Source: Halocafeteria seosinensis (taxonomy: Eukaryota). Taken from it: 63,681 nt of DNA. The stretch spans positions 1 through 63,681 of the forward strand of contig LVLI01000027.1 of the NCBI GenBank assembly GCA_001687465.1, given 5' to 3'. The notes beneath the pieces were generated by a model. That model did no database searches and was not told the origin of the DNA. It saw only the letters and a list, made by a program, of their open reading frames with translations. The position numbers and the translations under genes are program-made. Below are positions 37,113 through 50,305 of the stretch, piece by piece; positions within the stretch are counted from its first letter, which is position 1, and the number at the start of each line of letters is the position of its first letter.

Positions 37113-38556
37113 TTAGTCCCTTCCCTCTTCGGGAAACCACTTTGGGTCTAGCTTGCTAAACTCTTCGTATTCTAGTCCACGGATGTCTTCTCCATTCTCG
37201 TCTCGAGCATCAGCGCAATATTTCTCCATATGAATTTGTTTCAGTGTAGCAGTGTGGCCAGCATGTCTCCCCTTCACAACGAGTATTTTGCTATCCAAAG
37301 ATGGTATAACAGTTTCCAAATCAGCCTGGTCTATTTTGAGGACGACTTTTCGACCGTCGTCCTTAACTTTCACGTGTCCCACATACTTATTACTTTCCTC
37401 CACCTTCTTTACTGTACCTTTCTTTTTGTAGAAGTTACCATCACCGACCTTTTTATTTAGAATTTTCACAACAATACCCGGATGAAGCCACGGTGCATCT
37501 TTCCGCGAGTGTCCGTTAGACTTTCCTGTGGGTTCTTCGGACACGCCCTTACTCTTGTGCTTCTCTTCCTTCATGATAGACTCCAAGGCGCTTTCGGAGC
37601 CACTAACCGCACCCCATCGCGAGCGCGCTTTTCGAGTATCCGCTGCTTCAGAGGCAGCTGTCGATGGAGTTTCATCATCGTCGTCATCAGTGGCGAAGAT
37701 ACTCTTCACTTGGGACTCATTGACGGCTGATGAACCATTGGTCTCCGTACGGGCTTTCTTTGCGGGAGGTGCGGAAGCTCCCAAATTAACTTTCACTTCA
37801 GCTTGGGCTTCCGAATCACGTTTTAGTTCCGTAGGTTTTGGGGGTCCTGTGTCTCCTAATTCCTTGACAGCCTCTTCTGCCTTTTTCGTCATTTCTTTTT
37901 GATGCTTTAATTCTTCCAACTGTTCTTTTCTTCTTTGCTTTTCCTTTTCTTGCTCCCTTCTTGCTTTTTCTGGACTTCTATCGATGAACTCAATTAACCA
38001 GCCTTTCTCTGATTCCTCCACTTTACATTTTCCATTCCGGCCCAAGTATTTTACGAAAGATGAAAGCGTCGTCCATATCGTCGCATTCATGTGAATATGA
38101 TCCTTGTCCTTAATATACTCGTTATAAACATGATTGGCATTAACTTGTCGAGTTCCAAACCGTCTTGACAATACATCAAGGAACCCCCTTTCGAACTGCA
38201 ATTGCTCTCAACCACAACTCTAAGATCCGTTTTGCCACAATGAGAAAGAGGGGGGCACGTACCTCTGTCGAGTACTCGTCCATGAACTTGTCGGGGTTCT
38301 CAGCAAATATCGCCATTTGCCGTCGATGACTTTCTGATGTTAAGTGGCATTTGAAGCCATTTTCATCACGGCATTGCTTCTGGCACACTTGGCAATACCA
38401 TCTCAACTTTTGAAGACCCTTCGCCTGCGGTTTGAAAAATGGGTGAAAATGGTCCATAGGGACTGAAAACTCTTGTATGAGTAGTATAATAGAGTTTAAT
38501 CGACATACCTTCAATTTCTTGGCGATGGCTTTCGGTCCAAATGGGTCCTTTGGCAT
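37113..38556 (-). CDS. KIN17: KIN17 DNA/RNA-binding protein; multi-exon
   Basis: AKGLQKLRWYCQVCQKQCRDENGFKCHLTSESH, YNEYIKDKDHIHMNATIW and C-terminal KOW/SH3-like QADLETVIP. Confidence 0.97.
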
Positions 38557-38833
38557 TTTTCTCCCGGTTTTTCCGCTACCACTACAGATATACGAAAAAC
38601 AAAAACTCGTACGCCGAAATACTACTATGTGTTCAATCCTCTAGAATACTTTGTTATGGCGTTTAATAGAGACAAAGTGGCCATTCAACTTCAACTTGAG
38701 CTGAAATTTCATGCATTTGCCCCTTATACACGGTGTTTAGCGGCTTATATTGACGCATAGAATATACTAGTAGCTTTCGCTTTCATTAATGTGTCTGTTC
38801 TGAGTGAAAGATTGGAAATTGGTTCAATAAAGG

Positions 38834-40344
38834 ATGAATGAGGAGCAGCAGAAGAGGGTCCCGAGCGTCTCTTTACGATGGGACCCTAAATGGGCCTATC
38901 CTGTAGAGTATTTAGAGCAACACACCCCCAGCCGTAAGGATGGATACGATCTAAAGACGGAGACGTTCGCTCGGAGGTCGGCAATAGACTTTATCATCAA
39001 GAAAACAACAGAATTAGTCTCAGATCGAAGTCGAGGTATGCCTTCATTAACATGTGTAGATCTTCGTATACTCCTCTTCCAGGGAGCAATTCATGGTTTC
39101 ATGATGACATTCATCTTGTTTGTGGATGACTATCACGTGGAGCAGCCTTCGAACCGGCCATGACGGCAGTGGTCTTGTTTCAGAGATTTTTCGCTCGACG
39201 CTCTCTGCTTCATTATGATAAATTCGTGAGTGGATTACTTGCGTACTTTAATTTTGATTCGCACGCTTACTGAAATGGGAAACCAGATGGTGGCGTCGGC
39301 CTGTTTACTGCTGGGCGGCAAAATTGAAGATGAACTCGTACAAACTGAAAAAGTTGCAAAAGCGTATCTACGATATGCTAGACCAGATATTGCGTCCTAC
39401 CAAGATAAAGATGAAAAAACAAGCGAGGTACGCTTGCCCTTTCTAGTTTTATTACACTCACAGCCGGACTCTAACGAACTTGTTTCCGAATTTACTCCCC
39501 TTCAGCTTGTGGTTGAAACGAAAGATAAAATTAATCAACTAGAACGGCAGCTCCTCAATGTTTGCGAATTCGATTTGGATATACAGCACCCATGGCACTT
39601 TTTTAAGAACTTACTTTCACATAAAGAAGAAGAAAAGGCGAAATATGAACCAGTCAAGAAAAAAGCCAGGTTGTTTTCCCGAGATGTGTTGAAGGAATTC
39701 TCGGTCTGTCTAAGATTCGATCCTCTCACTATTGCCAAAGCAGCCATCGCTCATGGTGGAGAATCTGCCGAGGTACCTCCACCAAACGTAGACGTTCCTC
39801 AAGATTTGGACAAGAAATCATACTTGACTTTGTTGCGACAAAAATGGTGCGAATATGTGGATTTTCCAGTTGCTGACCTTGACGGTAAGATTTAGCTGCT
39901 CTTTATGTCAGAGAAGCTCGTTAGCCAGCTCTATCCGCCTTCTTCTCTGCAGAATGGAGATCAAGAGTATATCGAACCCCCGGAAAGCCCGCTCAAACAC
40001 ACGCGACATCATCAACGACCACCAATGGTACTGATTCCAGCAGACGACCCTATTCCACGGAAGCTGTGACCAACCATCGTCATGAAAGCACAGTTACGGT
40101 GTCATCTGCGACTGCATCTAACACCGCTGCAGAAACAAGTCCGGTCTCAGGGGAACGTTCGACTGCGACCACATCCCAAACAGCTAATGGAACCCACACT
40201 ACAGTCGAGTCTTCAATGACAGCTCCTACTCCTAGCGCTAGCACCACCGATGCAGCGACCCGAAATACGGAGCACGCTGAAAGAGTAGATACAACGGTGG
40301 AAGATCCTCCGTCTCAAAAACGTCAAAGAACTGATCAATTGTGA
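38834..40344 (+). CDS. Transcriptional cyclin (cyclin T/K family); multi-exon
   Basis: TPSRKDG, spliced TAVVLFQRFFARRS...VASACLLLGGKIED, LERQLLNVCEFDLDIQHPW and a low-complexity S/T tail. Confidence 0.85.
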
Positions 40345-40937
40345 CACAAGGTGTCTTCAGGGGACACACTGCCCCAGAGTTTCGGAACGAGAGGAGCAAC
40401 TTCTTTCTTACTGGAATTTAAATGTCTGAGCTGTCACAGCTTATTCCTTTCCATAACCGGAGAGAAGTACTTTGTGATTTGGGTACGAGGTAAGCTTGGG
40501 TTCATTAAAGAATTCCTGTCCTTGCCTCATTAATATACCTACGTACTTGCAACTGCCAACTCTTAAGTAAGACTTCGTCTGCCTTTTTGTTCGCATTGCG
40601 AGGTGAGTTCCTCCGAACAACTTTTTTCGTCGCGTTATAGATCAAAACCTCCTGGTCTACATTGTACCATGTATATGATGTTACCGTGGAATTTTGCAAC
40701 TTGCAACTTAACTTTGTGAATTCTTGCAACAATGTTTTCGTCGAGTTATAATTCAAAAAACTACGGGTCCTCGTTTCGTACCCACTCTTTGAACGCATTT
40801 ACAAGCATCGTTTCGTGTCGTTTTATCTCTGACACATTTGATATAAACCGAGGTTGGGTACTTTGTATCTCTGGTTGTGTTTTAACGTTCTAATAGTGAG
40901 AAAAAGCCCTTAAACAGCTCCCGACAACCTCATCAAA

Positions 40938-43123
40938 ATGTCCTCTGTAGAGCTCGTTAACCCTGATGCAGAGACCATGCGCAGTGGTCATGCGCTCATG
41001 GTCAATGTAAATGCTGCAAAGGGTCTCCAGGAAGTGCTGAAATCAAACTTAGGTAGGTGCTGCGTCCATCTATGGCAACTTGCATCCAGAGGGTGTACAT
41101 TTCAAATTGACCCAAGGGTTGCCAGCCTCCCAGACGTCCGAGCGTAGGGGAGATCAAAGGGGACCTGGGCTCCCCTACGTCTTTTGTTGTTTTTCTACCC
41201 TTGAAGTCCCCTTGATTCAAAAAATATTCATGCTTATACGTCTTTAATGATGATTATACAGGTCCCCGCGGGACTCTGAAGATGTTGGTCGATGGATCTG
41301 GTCAGATCAAGTTGACCAAAGACGGCAATGTGCTTTTGCATGAAATGCAAATCCACCATCCCACGGCCATCATGATTGCACGCAACGCTACAGCACAAGA
41401 TGATATGACTGTAAGTTGTATAAGATGACAGTTTTGATTGGGTTGGTCTCATTTTTCAACTGTTTCTTGCTGATGTTTTGGATTGGGCCACCAGGGCGAT
41501 GGAACAACGTCCACGGTCTTGTTCACCGGTGACTTGCTGAAATATGCCGAACGACACATTTCTGAAGGAGTGCATCCACGCACCATTGCGGATGGGTTTG
41601 AACTTGCCAAGGAACGCACACTCACGTTCTTAGAGGATTTCAAGGTATGTCTTTTCCCGAAGCAACCTTTGTGGCTGTTCGATTGAAATCGTCTCTTGGT
41701 ATTGCCGTCACAGAACGAAGAACTCTTTGAGTACGGAAAGGAAGATAGAGAAATGTTGGTATCAGTGGCAAGAACCTCCCTCCGTTCCAAATTGCAGCCT
41801 GAGGTATGTTCACACTGCGGGGATTTTTTTATTCGCTCGGTGCGTATTGTGCGATGCGTTTCTGAATTGCAGATGGCGGACAGATTAACGGACTCCATCG
41901 TGGATGCCGTACTAACCATACGGCGTCAAAATGAGCCGATAGATTTACACATGGTAGAGCGCATGCACATGGTTCACCAAACAGATCGTGATAGCCGGCT
42001 CGTGAGAGGTCTGGTGTTGGATCATGGGGCTCGACATCCAGATATGCCAAGATATGTTGAAAACGCGTACATTCTCACTTGCAACGTCAGTTTGGAATGG
42101 GAGAAAACTGAAGTAAACAGTCAATTCATGTATCGAACAGCAGAAGAACGAGACAGACTCGTCGATGCTGAGAGGAAGTTTACCGATGATAAAGTGCGTC
42201 AGATAATTGACCTCAAACGGAAGGTCTGCACTCCAGATAATAAAAAGAACTTCGTTGTGATCAATCAAAAGGTAGGCGCTCGTGGCACTCATGCCGATCT
42301 TGATCCGTATTACTGGAGTGTCTGTTGTTTTGCTTCATTTCTTGCAGGGAATTGACCCTCCGGCGCTCGACATGCTTGCTAAGGAAGGCATTATTGGGAT
42401 CCGCAGAGCCAAAAGACGTAACATGGAGCGTCTAACTCTGGCCTGCGGTGGAATCGCCTTAAACAGCGTGGACGACATGGATGAATCGGTATGCAATCAT
42501 ATGTTGTTTGCGTCTGAGATGGGCATATAAATCACGTTGGCCACTTAATGCAGGTTTTAGGGTTCGCCGGAAAGGTATACGAACAGGTTCTAGGCGAAGA
42601 AAAATACACCTTTATTGAGGACGTCCAGAACCCGTTTTCGTGCACAATCTTGTTGAAAGGTCCCAACAGTCACACTATTGCCCAGTTGAAAGATGCTGTC
42701 AGAGATGGATTGAGGGCCGTTGTGAACACAATTGAGGACGGTGCCGTTGTCCCCGGCGGCGGAGCGTTCGAGTTGGGCGCTGCAGAGATACTGCAGAAAT
42801 ATCAAAAGGAAGTTACAGGTAAAGCTAAACTGGGGATCCAAGCCTTTGCGGACGCTTTGCTTGTTGTACCAAAGACTCTTGCGGAAAACAGTGGTTTCGA
42901 TGTGTCGGAAACGCTCATCAAGGCCCAAGAGAAGTATGCCTCCTCCAAGTCCCCTGTAGGCATTAACGTGTACACGGGCGAGCCTATGATACCCGAAGAT
43001 GAAGGTGTATGGGATAACTCCAATGTGAAGAAGCATTTCGTCCAAATGGCCACAGTTCTTGCCAGTCAGTTGTTAATGGTTGACGAGGTTATGCGAGCGG
43101 GCAGAGGAAGTAGAAACCAGTAA
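40938..43123 (+). CDS. CCT6: T-complex protein 1 subunit zeta; multi-exon
   Basis: [65 protein letters not shown] and [10 protein letters not shown]. Confidence 0.98.
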
Positions 43124-43511
43124 ATGCTGCCAACATCCGTATTTCCAAATACACAAAGAAGTCCATAGCATTAACTATCTTAACAACACCAGATAGCAGT
43201 GTGAGCAGAATGAAGACGCCCCTCGGCATTAACTACCAGTAATATCCAAAAACGCGAATTAATAACCAGGTAATATGCGAGCATCGCCAAGTAAATCAAT
43301 CGTAAAGGGCCATGGAAAATAATTTGAGTCGCAACCAGCCTTGTTCATTTTTTGTAAAACAAAATTAGAATGGTCAGTTACAGCTATAGCCTTCATTGTG
43401 GTATGGGCCAGAGCACAGTCTATACATTTTCATGCATACGAATCTTATATCTAAGTGTGGACTGTTCCAATTTCCACGCTATAAGTCGGTTACTGCAAAC
43501 TATCCAAGCTG

Positions 43512-46500
43512 TTACACACCCCAGCCATCATCACTAATATCGAATTCGTCTAGTTCTTTAGCAAACTCATCAAGTTCTGCATCCTCTGCATCGACGAACT
43601 CATCGGTATCATTGTCTTCTTGCCCAGCAGCAGCGCCTGAAGACGAACGCGTCTGTTTATTTTTCTGTTGGTCGCTCACAGCATCCGGTCCGCCAACCCC
43701 TACGTCATCACTTCGATGAGCACTTGTTGGGGCTTCGAACACTTCCGTTGTCTCGTTTCTTGCGGTGTCTTGTTGGCCTTGGAAAAGGTCCATCTCATCA
43801 TCTAGGCCCTCTTCTAGTTGGCCCGATTCAGCTGCTTCTTGCGCCCCAGACTCTGATACATCGACCCCACTAGTATCCTTTTCCCTCTGAGGCGACGCAC
43901 TCCGCAGGTCGTTCTCAAAACCCGCCCCCGGTGGTGAGCCTCCAGCAACTGCATCATGTTCTTTGTTTGACCTTGCGGGACTCTGCCCACCAAGCAGGTC
44001 ATTTTCCTCCGCATCCTGCTGGGTACTGCCTTCAGTCTGTTCCGGAGCGGGTGGAGGTCGCTGCCTGTCAGGAGACTGGTTACGGTTCGCCGCTGGAGAG
44101 CTATCCAAGCTGGTCCCATTCGTAGCAGCAACGGAGGATGGTATGCTGTGGACCTCTCCTGTTTCGCCCTGGATCACGCATGAGCGTAGTAGCTCCTCCA
44201 GTCCACCCTCACCCTGCTCTGAAACCACTTGACTTAAGTCGGTAGCTAAAACTTGAGATAAGCGTTCAAAGGAGGATGCATCACACCGACCGGATTCTCT
44301 GCCAATTTTCGTTGCGTTGTGGTGTATTTCCTCTTGGTGATTCTGCTTCAACCCTTCATTGTTTTGATCATTCGTAGGGCTAATATTTACAGGCTTATCC
44401 GCATGCATAAACAATGGACCGGAACTAGTGGCCTGGTCAGTCTTCGACGTATCGGAGAAGACAGAAAAGGTTCCGTAAGACAAGATGTTCTGTGCGATCC
44501 GTTCAGCACTTTTCGAGTCCTCGAATTCCGGGAAAAGTTCCGGGTTCTCGCTAGGTGAGGCCACCACCTTAGCTGCGCGAGGATTAGTATCCTGCAAATC
44601 ATCAATCCATTCCTCCACTAGACCGGGCACTGCAGATGGCTGGTATGTTCTCGCGAACAGGACAGCCTCCGGGAGTCGCCCCTCATTCACCAGTAAGTTG
44701 ATACAATCAGTAAGCCGTCGCAACGCAAACATCGAAATGAAAGCTACATTAAAGCGACCTTCATCTTTAGCTTCCTGTGCGAGCCGAGAGAGCCCTTCGG
44801 CATTCCCAAGAGACGAGTAGATCAACAGGAGACAGCCGAAATCTTTCCCATGTCGTGCACATTCTTCCGCAAGGGCAATATCCGATTTGGCCAACGCCAG
44901 ATCACCCAGCTGCTTCCACTTTGCTTGGGCATCGGTCGTATCATCATGAGATAGTTCAGACCTCATTAGGTCGCGAGCGACTTCAAGTTTGTTCAGCTGC
45001 AACGCTAAGTCGAACTTCTGATCAGGGTCAACGGTAACATGCAACGCCTCTTCTTTGAATCCTTGTCCTTCAAGGAATCGGCCTATACTATCGTACTCCC
45101 CCTCCGGAATAGAGGGCAAAATGCTGTTGGCCGTTTCAAAATCACGACGCACCACAGCAGTCTGGTATTCAAGTGTCGAAGAATACATTCGATAGCTGAC
45201 AACCTCACCAGATTTATCCATGAGATAAACCCTCTGTTCGCTTGCCAAGTACCCTAGCAAATGCAAGTTCTTCTCCAAGTGCGCATGTGTAATCACTTCA
45301 CCACCAACGTAATAATTCAGCCGGCCAAAGGAATTAGTGTATATCAGTACATCTCCAACCCATGTGGCACTTCGAATCTTCTCGCTCTTTTCTGCAATAA
45401 GATCAAAAGCAGCTTCAACACCTTCCTCAGCAATCTTCGCCGCCTCCTCTCCCGTTGCAGAGCTAGCTGCGCTCATGGCGTCGGCATTGTATTGAAGAAT
45501 GTAGTACGAATCCTCGCAAGCCAACGCCACCAATTGACCATTCTCGGACCAGTATATATTCTTTGGGACAATCTCAATGCAGCGGACAAGTCGCTGAGTT
45601 TCCCATTCATAGAACACAACACTATCACTTCCACGCACAGCCAGCAGGGTGCCACCAAAGATCTTCTCCGCAACAATGTTGGGTTTCAAAGTAGCTACGG
45701 GTTTGAAATCTCTAAAAATCTTGACAGAACTCGATGATTCCCGTACGGCGTAATCTCCAGACCCCCTAGCCCAAACGAAGTCAGAACCCGATCCATAAGA
45801 TTTATTTCTGAGTCCCAAGGCCGTGTAAATGACATATTCGTTATCCCCAACAACTACGAGGAACCGACCATTGTAGTTGTGTTTCATTGTATGAGCTTGC
45901 ATTTCCAAACTTCCCATATCCTTGAAGGACAACGAAAGTTTCTCTCCGTCTTCCTCTTTTACACCTCGGAGATTGGCAGTAGCCACACCATTTTTCCGGG
46001 CACTGTGGAAGCAGAACACACAAGAAGAGAAGACTTTATTGACTTATGCTCACATCAATACGTGGCGTACTGATATACCCACATTACGAATCTCCCACTC
46101 CTATCCATACTGGCAACCGGAGTTTCTTTTCCAAGCTTCAAAACTATCAGACCTTCATCAAAACCTAAAGCAACCTGTTGTTCATATTCAGAGTGCATTA
46201 ACAAAAGCTTGCATGTTACCAACGGAAGCATGCCGTACCTTGTTGGAGTCCGCATTGCAACCGATCGACCAGCAGCGCTCCAATCCGTAATTCAGAGTAG
46301 CCTCTAAGCGGTAAGTGGAGTTGTGCCACAGTCGAACAGTCCCATCCTCACTACCGGATATGATTACAGGCAAGCGAGGGTGGAATCCAACCGTCGAAAC
46401 GTTGTGTGCGTGACCCTCTAGAGTGCTGACGCATGCTTTCGTCTGGTAATCCCAAACCTTCAATGTAAAATCGTCGGATCCAGAAATGATATATGGCTTG

Positions 46501-47378
46501 TCACCTCCATGATAGTAGTCCAGACAATTCACACCACGAGTATGCCCCTCAAGTGAGTAGTTTGGAACCATGCTATTTATACTCCAGACTTTGATCGACC
46601 GATCTAAGCTTGCACTGGCGAAAGTATTACTATCCTTGGGATTGAACTTCACCATCATGACATAATGGGCATGACCTTCAAACGTCTGAACACATTCCCA
46701 ATTCTTTTCCCAATTCCATAACTTTATTGTCATGTCGTCTGCGCTGCTGAGTACCCAGGGTTGAGATGGGTGTACTTCCAAGTCTCGGATATAATCTTGA
46801 TGTGCCTCTAATACGCTGTGAACCTTTTCGGACGTATTGTAATTGAAGGCCCGGATTTCAAAGTCGTCACTACCCGTTATAAACCATTGTTTCCTGGCCA
46901 CGAAGGCAGCCGCTCGAATGGGCATTTCCGTGACTTCAAACGATTTCCATAGCTCGTTGGTCTGGTAGTTCCAAATGTTGACATGTCCCGTGTACAAGGC
47001 TGTCAAGACCCATGGTTCCACCGGGTGCAAATCAACGGACTTTACACGCTCACTCCTCTGCTGGAGCTTCTTCTGCACAGGGATATACACCATAAAGAGA
47101 AAGAGTGAATAAATGGCTCAGCATGTCGGAAACGCTCCCACGCTCTTACCTTCGTATCTAATCGAGGCTGCAGTTCACCGCGTAGCAATGCAGGCACACA
47201 CACAAACAGAAGACACAAAATCCGTGAAGGGTGAAAATTGACAATAGAATCACGCAGTATACGGCAATTAACCAAGGGGAAGTACCACTTCCTCTAGAGC
47301 TCCCCCTGGGAAACTACAAAAAGGGGGAAGTGCCCGGGAATGGGGGGACTCCAGAGAACAAAAAGCATCACGTACCAT
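43512..47378 (-). CDS. COPB2: Coatomer subunit beta' (WD40); multi-exon, first coding exon is ATG only
   Basis: Spliced [67 protein letters not shown] and [10 protein letters not shown], with a long acidic tail. Confidence 0.97.
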
Positions 47379-47751
47379 GCTGTCAAAGCCGGGTGCTGTT
47401 CCAAGTTGACAACAGTGTCTATGGCCCTCCCTGAATCCTAGTCACAGGAGGGGTGATGGAAGGAGAAAGGGGATTGTGAGTAAACTCCCAGTCTTTCTAA
47501 GGGCAGGTTAACCTCTCCAATACAACCTGAGCCACAGACAGTATCCTGATTGGATTTCTTCCCCAACAAGACAAACTTTTCGGCGACTGTTCCATGGAGG
47601 CGATGTATTACGCCTGCTTTTCAGGCGGTGTTTATGGAGTATCAGTGTTGATATATGGAGCCATAGAGTGTTTTCGCTACTAGATAATTGGATAGAATAT
47701 CCTTTACAAGGCTTGGAATTAGCGCAAAGGACCAGGAAAGGGACGAAAACG

Positions 47752-48065
47752 ATGGCGATTTACGGAGCAAGAGCACTCAATATGCTCAAAGGAGGTACGA
47801 TAAATGCCCTTGTATTCATGGCTTTTATGCACATTCTTCACTCCACTTGTCCATCTGCAATGGCGCGTTGTTTCCAGGCCTTTTAAGAGACTTGCAAATA
47901 GCTACTGGATTGGGAATCGTTGGAGGATTCATGTGGAAAATTCCCGCTGATCGACAAGTACGCGAGTTCCAGCGCCTAAACAATGAAGAGACGGAGCGTG
48001 CTCGCAGCGCTGCGCGCAAGATATTTCAAGTAAACAGCAACACACAAGCTCAAGCTCGCAGATAA
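47752..48065 (+). CDS. Small single-TM protein resembling cytochrome c oxidase subunit COX5c/COX6C; 3' end uncertain
   Basis: Spliced MAIYGARALNMLKG|GLLRDLQIATGLGIVGGFMWKIPADRQVREF resembles the LKG..V.KE...G..LG...G..WK...R..EF pattern of plant COX5c. Intron at about 47794-47877. Confidence 0.6.
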
Positions 48066-48312
48066 AGCCTCCTAGGTAGAATGACGTCATGGAGGAAGTA
48101 AGAAAGACCAACGTCCGTTTCCGGGACTCTTTACAGCTACAGAGTTGTTACATAGCGGGATGGACAACGCTGACATTTGCTATTAATTTTGCATCTGACT
48201 GCATACTAGTGTAAATTCTAAGGGCTAAAAATCTACAGAGAATTGGACAGAATTCGCGCTTACAAGCCTCTTACCACCTGCCTCAACTCGATTGTCTGTG
48301 AACTGCTCTAGA

Positions 48313-49766
48313 TCATTGTTTTCTAGCTTTCTTGTTACTAGACAAATTTGTGTAACCATGATCGTCCGTGTCTCGATGTGTCAACTGATCGAAAGAAGGG
48401 TTGGTCTGTTGGGAGCATTTGATAAACGTTGTTCGTTTCGGAAGCTCCTTCAGCTTCAGGGCGCCTACGTAGGTACAAGCACTGCGCAAGCCTCCCAGGA
48501 TAGACAGCATGGTGCCTTCGATGGGCCCCCTGTAGGGCACTTCTACTGCCTTTCCTTCACTGGATCGATACTCAGCTACTCCCCCCGCGTGCTTTTTCAT
48601 AGCTGTGCTACTGCTCATTCCGTAAAATGCTTTGAACGATTTTCCGTTCCTTTGAACAAACTCCCCTCCTGACTCGTCATGACCAGACAACATTCCGCCC
48701 AGCATTACGAAATCTGCACCTGCTCCAAGTGCTTTAGCAATATCCCCCGGAACACTGCAGCCACCATCGCTAATGATGTGCCCATTCAACCCATGAGCAG
48801 CATCGGCGCACTCAAGTACTGCGCTTAGTTGAGGATACCCAACTCCCGTTTGTTTCCGTGTTGTGCACCTGCAAAAAACACCCGAGAACTAACGGAAAAC
48901 GTTCCCCACATATGCTTACTTAAATTGCCTTACACAGAACCGGGGCCAATCCCCACTTTGACAATGTCAGCTCCCGATATGATTAACTCTTCTACCATTT
49001 CACCTGTACCCCAACAGATGTGTCTCGACGACGTGAGGAATCAATCAAAACGCATCACCCATACCTGTTACAACATTTCCCGCGATTATTGTATGAGAGG
49101 GATAATTTTCCCTGTACCTCTGGACTGTTTTCACGAAATGTTCGGAGTAGCCGTTCGCCACATCTAAACAAATCATTGTGAGCTCTGGCACTGCAGCCAA
49201 CACTTTCGATAATTTTTCCTCGTCGTTTTCTCCGGTGCCAGCACTGATGGCAACAAAGGGTAGTGTATCTTTGTTCTCTTTTGCAAATGTGAGCCACTGC
49301 AAATAACATATACAATCCTTCGTAAACCCGGAGTTACAGCCCACTCGGTCACACCACCGTACTTCGTCAACCGTGTACCACTTGTGGATAGCAGTGCAGC
49401 ATTCCTTCTTTGCAAGTTCTTTTGCAATTTCAAAAGTACCCGTCGTATCCCTGTAAGGTATCGAAAACATCAATGGCATTCATTGTACAGTACAAAGAAG
49501 CGGGATACTTCCAAGTGTACAGCATACATGTTAGCCGCAAAAATGGGGACTCCACTCCATTCTCGCTTGGAGTTTCGGAACGGCATCGTTCGCTGCAGTT
49601 GTACCTGCGAGTGCACAAAATGTGGAACGTGGTATAGATAGGTCTTGTGGCGCAGTATGCGTTTAGAGAACACGCTTACCTCACTCCGGCTGGATAAGAC
49701 CGAGCGTTTGGGTCTTATCATGACATCTTTAAAGTCCAGTTTGACTTCTTGTTCAATGCGCGGCAT
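48313..49766 (-). CDS. GMPR: GMP reductase (type 1); multi-exon
   Basis: [64 protein letters not shown] and YRSSEGK. Confidence 0.97.
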
Positions 49767-50305
49767 TTCGATTTCCTTCCTGTGTTAGAGTTGTACTTGC
49801 CAAAGGACGTGAATAATGCTCCAATAGCTTGTCAATGGCAGTAGATACTTTATATTTGCTGCAAGATTCCCCCAGGTGCTATCCGGGCGTTCCGCCCGGA
49901 CCGGAGCAACAGGCCACAAAATAGATGTAATGAAATGGAAGGTAGGTATATCTCAAGAGAAGTATCACTTTTACTATCCAAATGGAATGTCTCTCGTCCA
50001 GTGGGACGGAGTGTTGTAGTCCTGGAAAACGTTAGCAGACTAGATAGATTGAGGCAGACACACACCTCTTTTACTCGCTGGGCCACTGAAACGAAACAGT
50101 TGTGGTATATCACTGGGTTTATTGCCCTGGTTGGCTTTACACTGACTTCCAAGTATATAAGGCCTAATTATTCACCCTCGTGTTGATAAACGGCGGGGAG
50201 AAGCTACTTCCACAAACGACGAAGAAGAAGCAACAGTTCTTTCGAGCTTCCAGGAAACGCGCTCAGAGGCGTTCGTTTCATTCTGAATCTACGACACAAG
50301 CAGAA

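Noticed and set aside
40505..40798. 97-aa minus-strand ORF upstream of CCT6
   Set aside because: No homology cue; it lies in the probable promoter region.
41088..41152. TPP riboswitch or snoRNA in CCT6 intron 1
   Set aside because: AGCGTAGGGG resembles the TPP 3' end, but CTGAGA and CCTGAT are missing, and no properly placed H/ACA or C/D boxes are present.
49850..50186. Small ORFs or a spliced micro-ORF between GMPR and kinesin
   Set aside because: Splice-like signals exist, but no consistent, recognisable product could be built.
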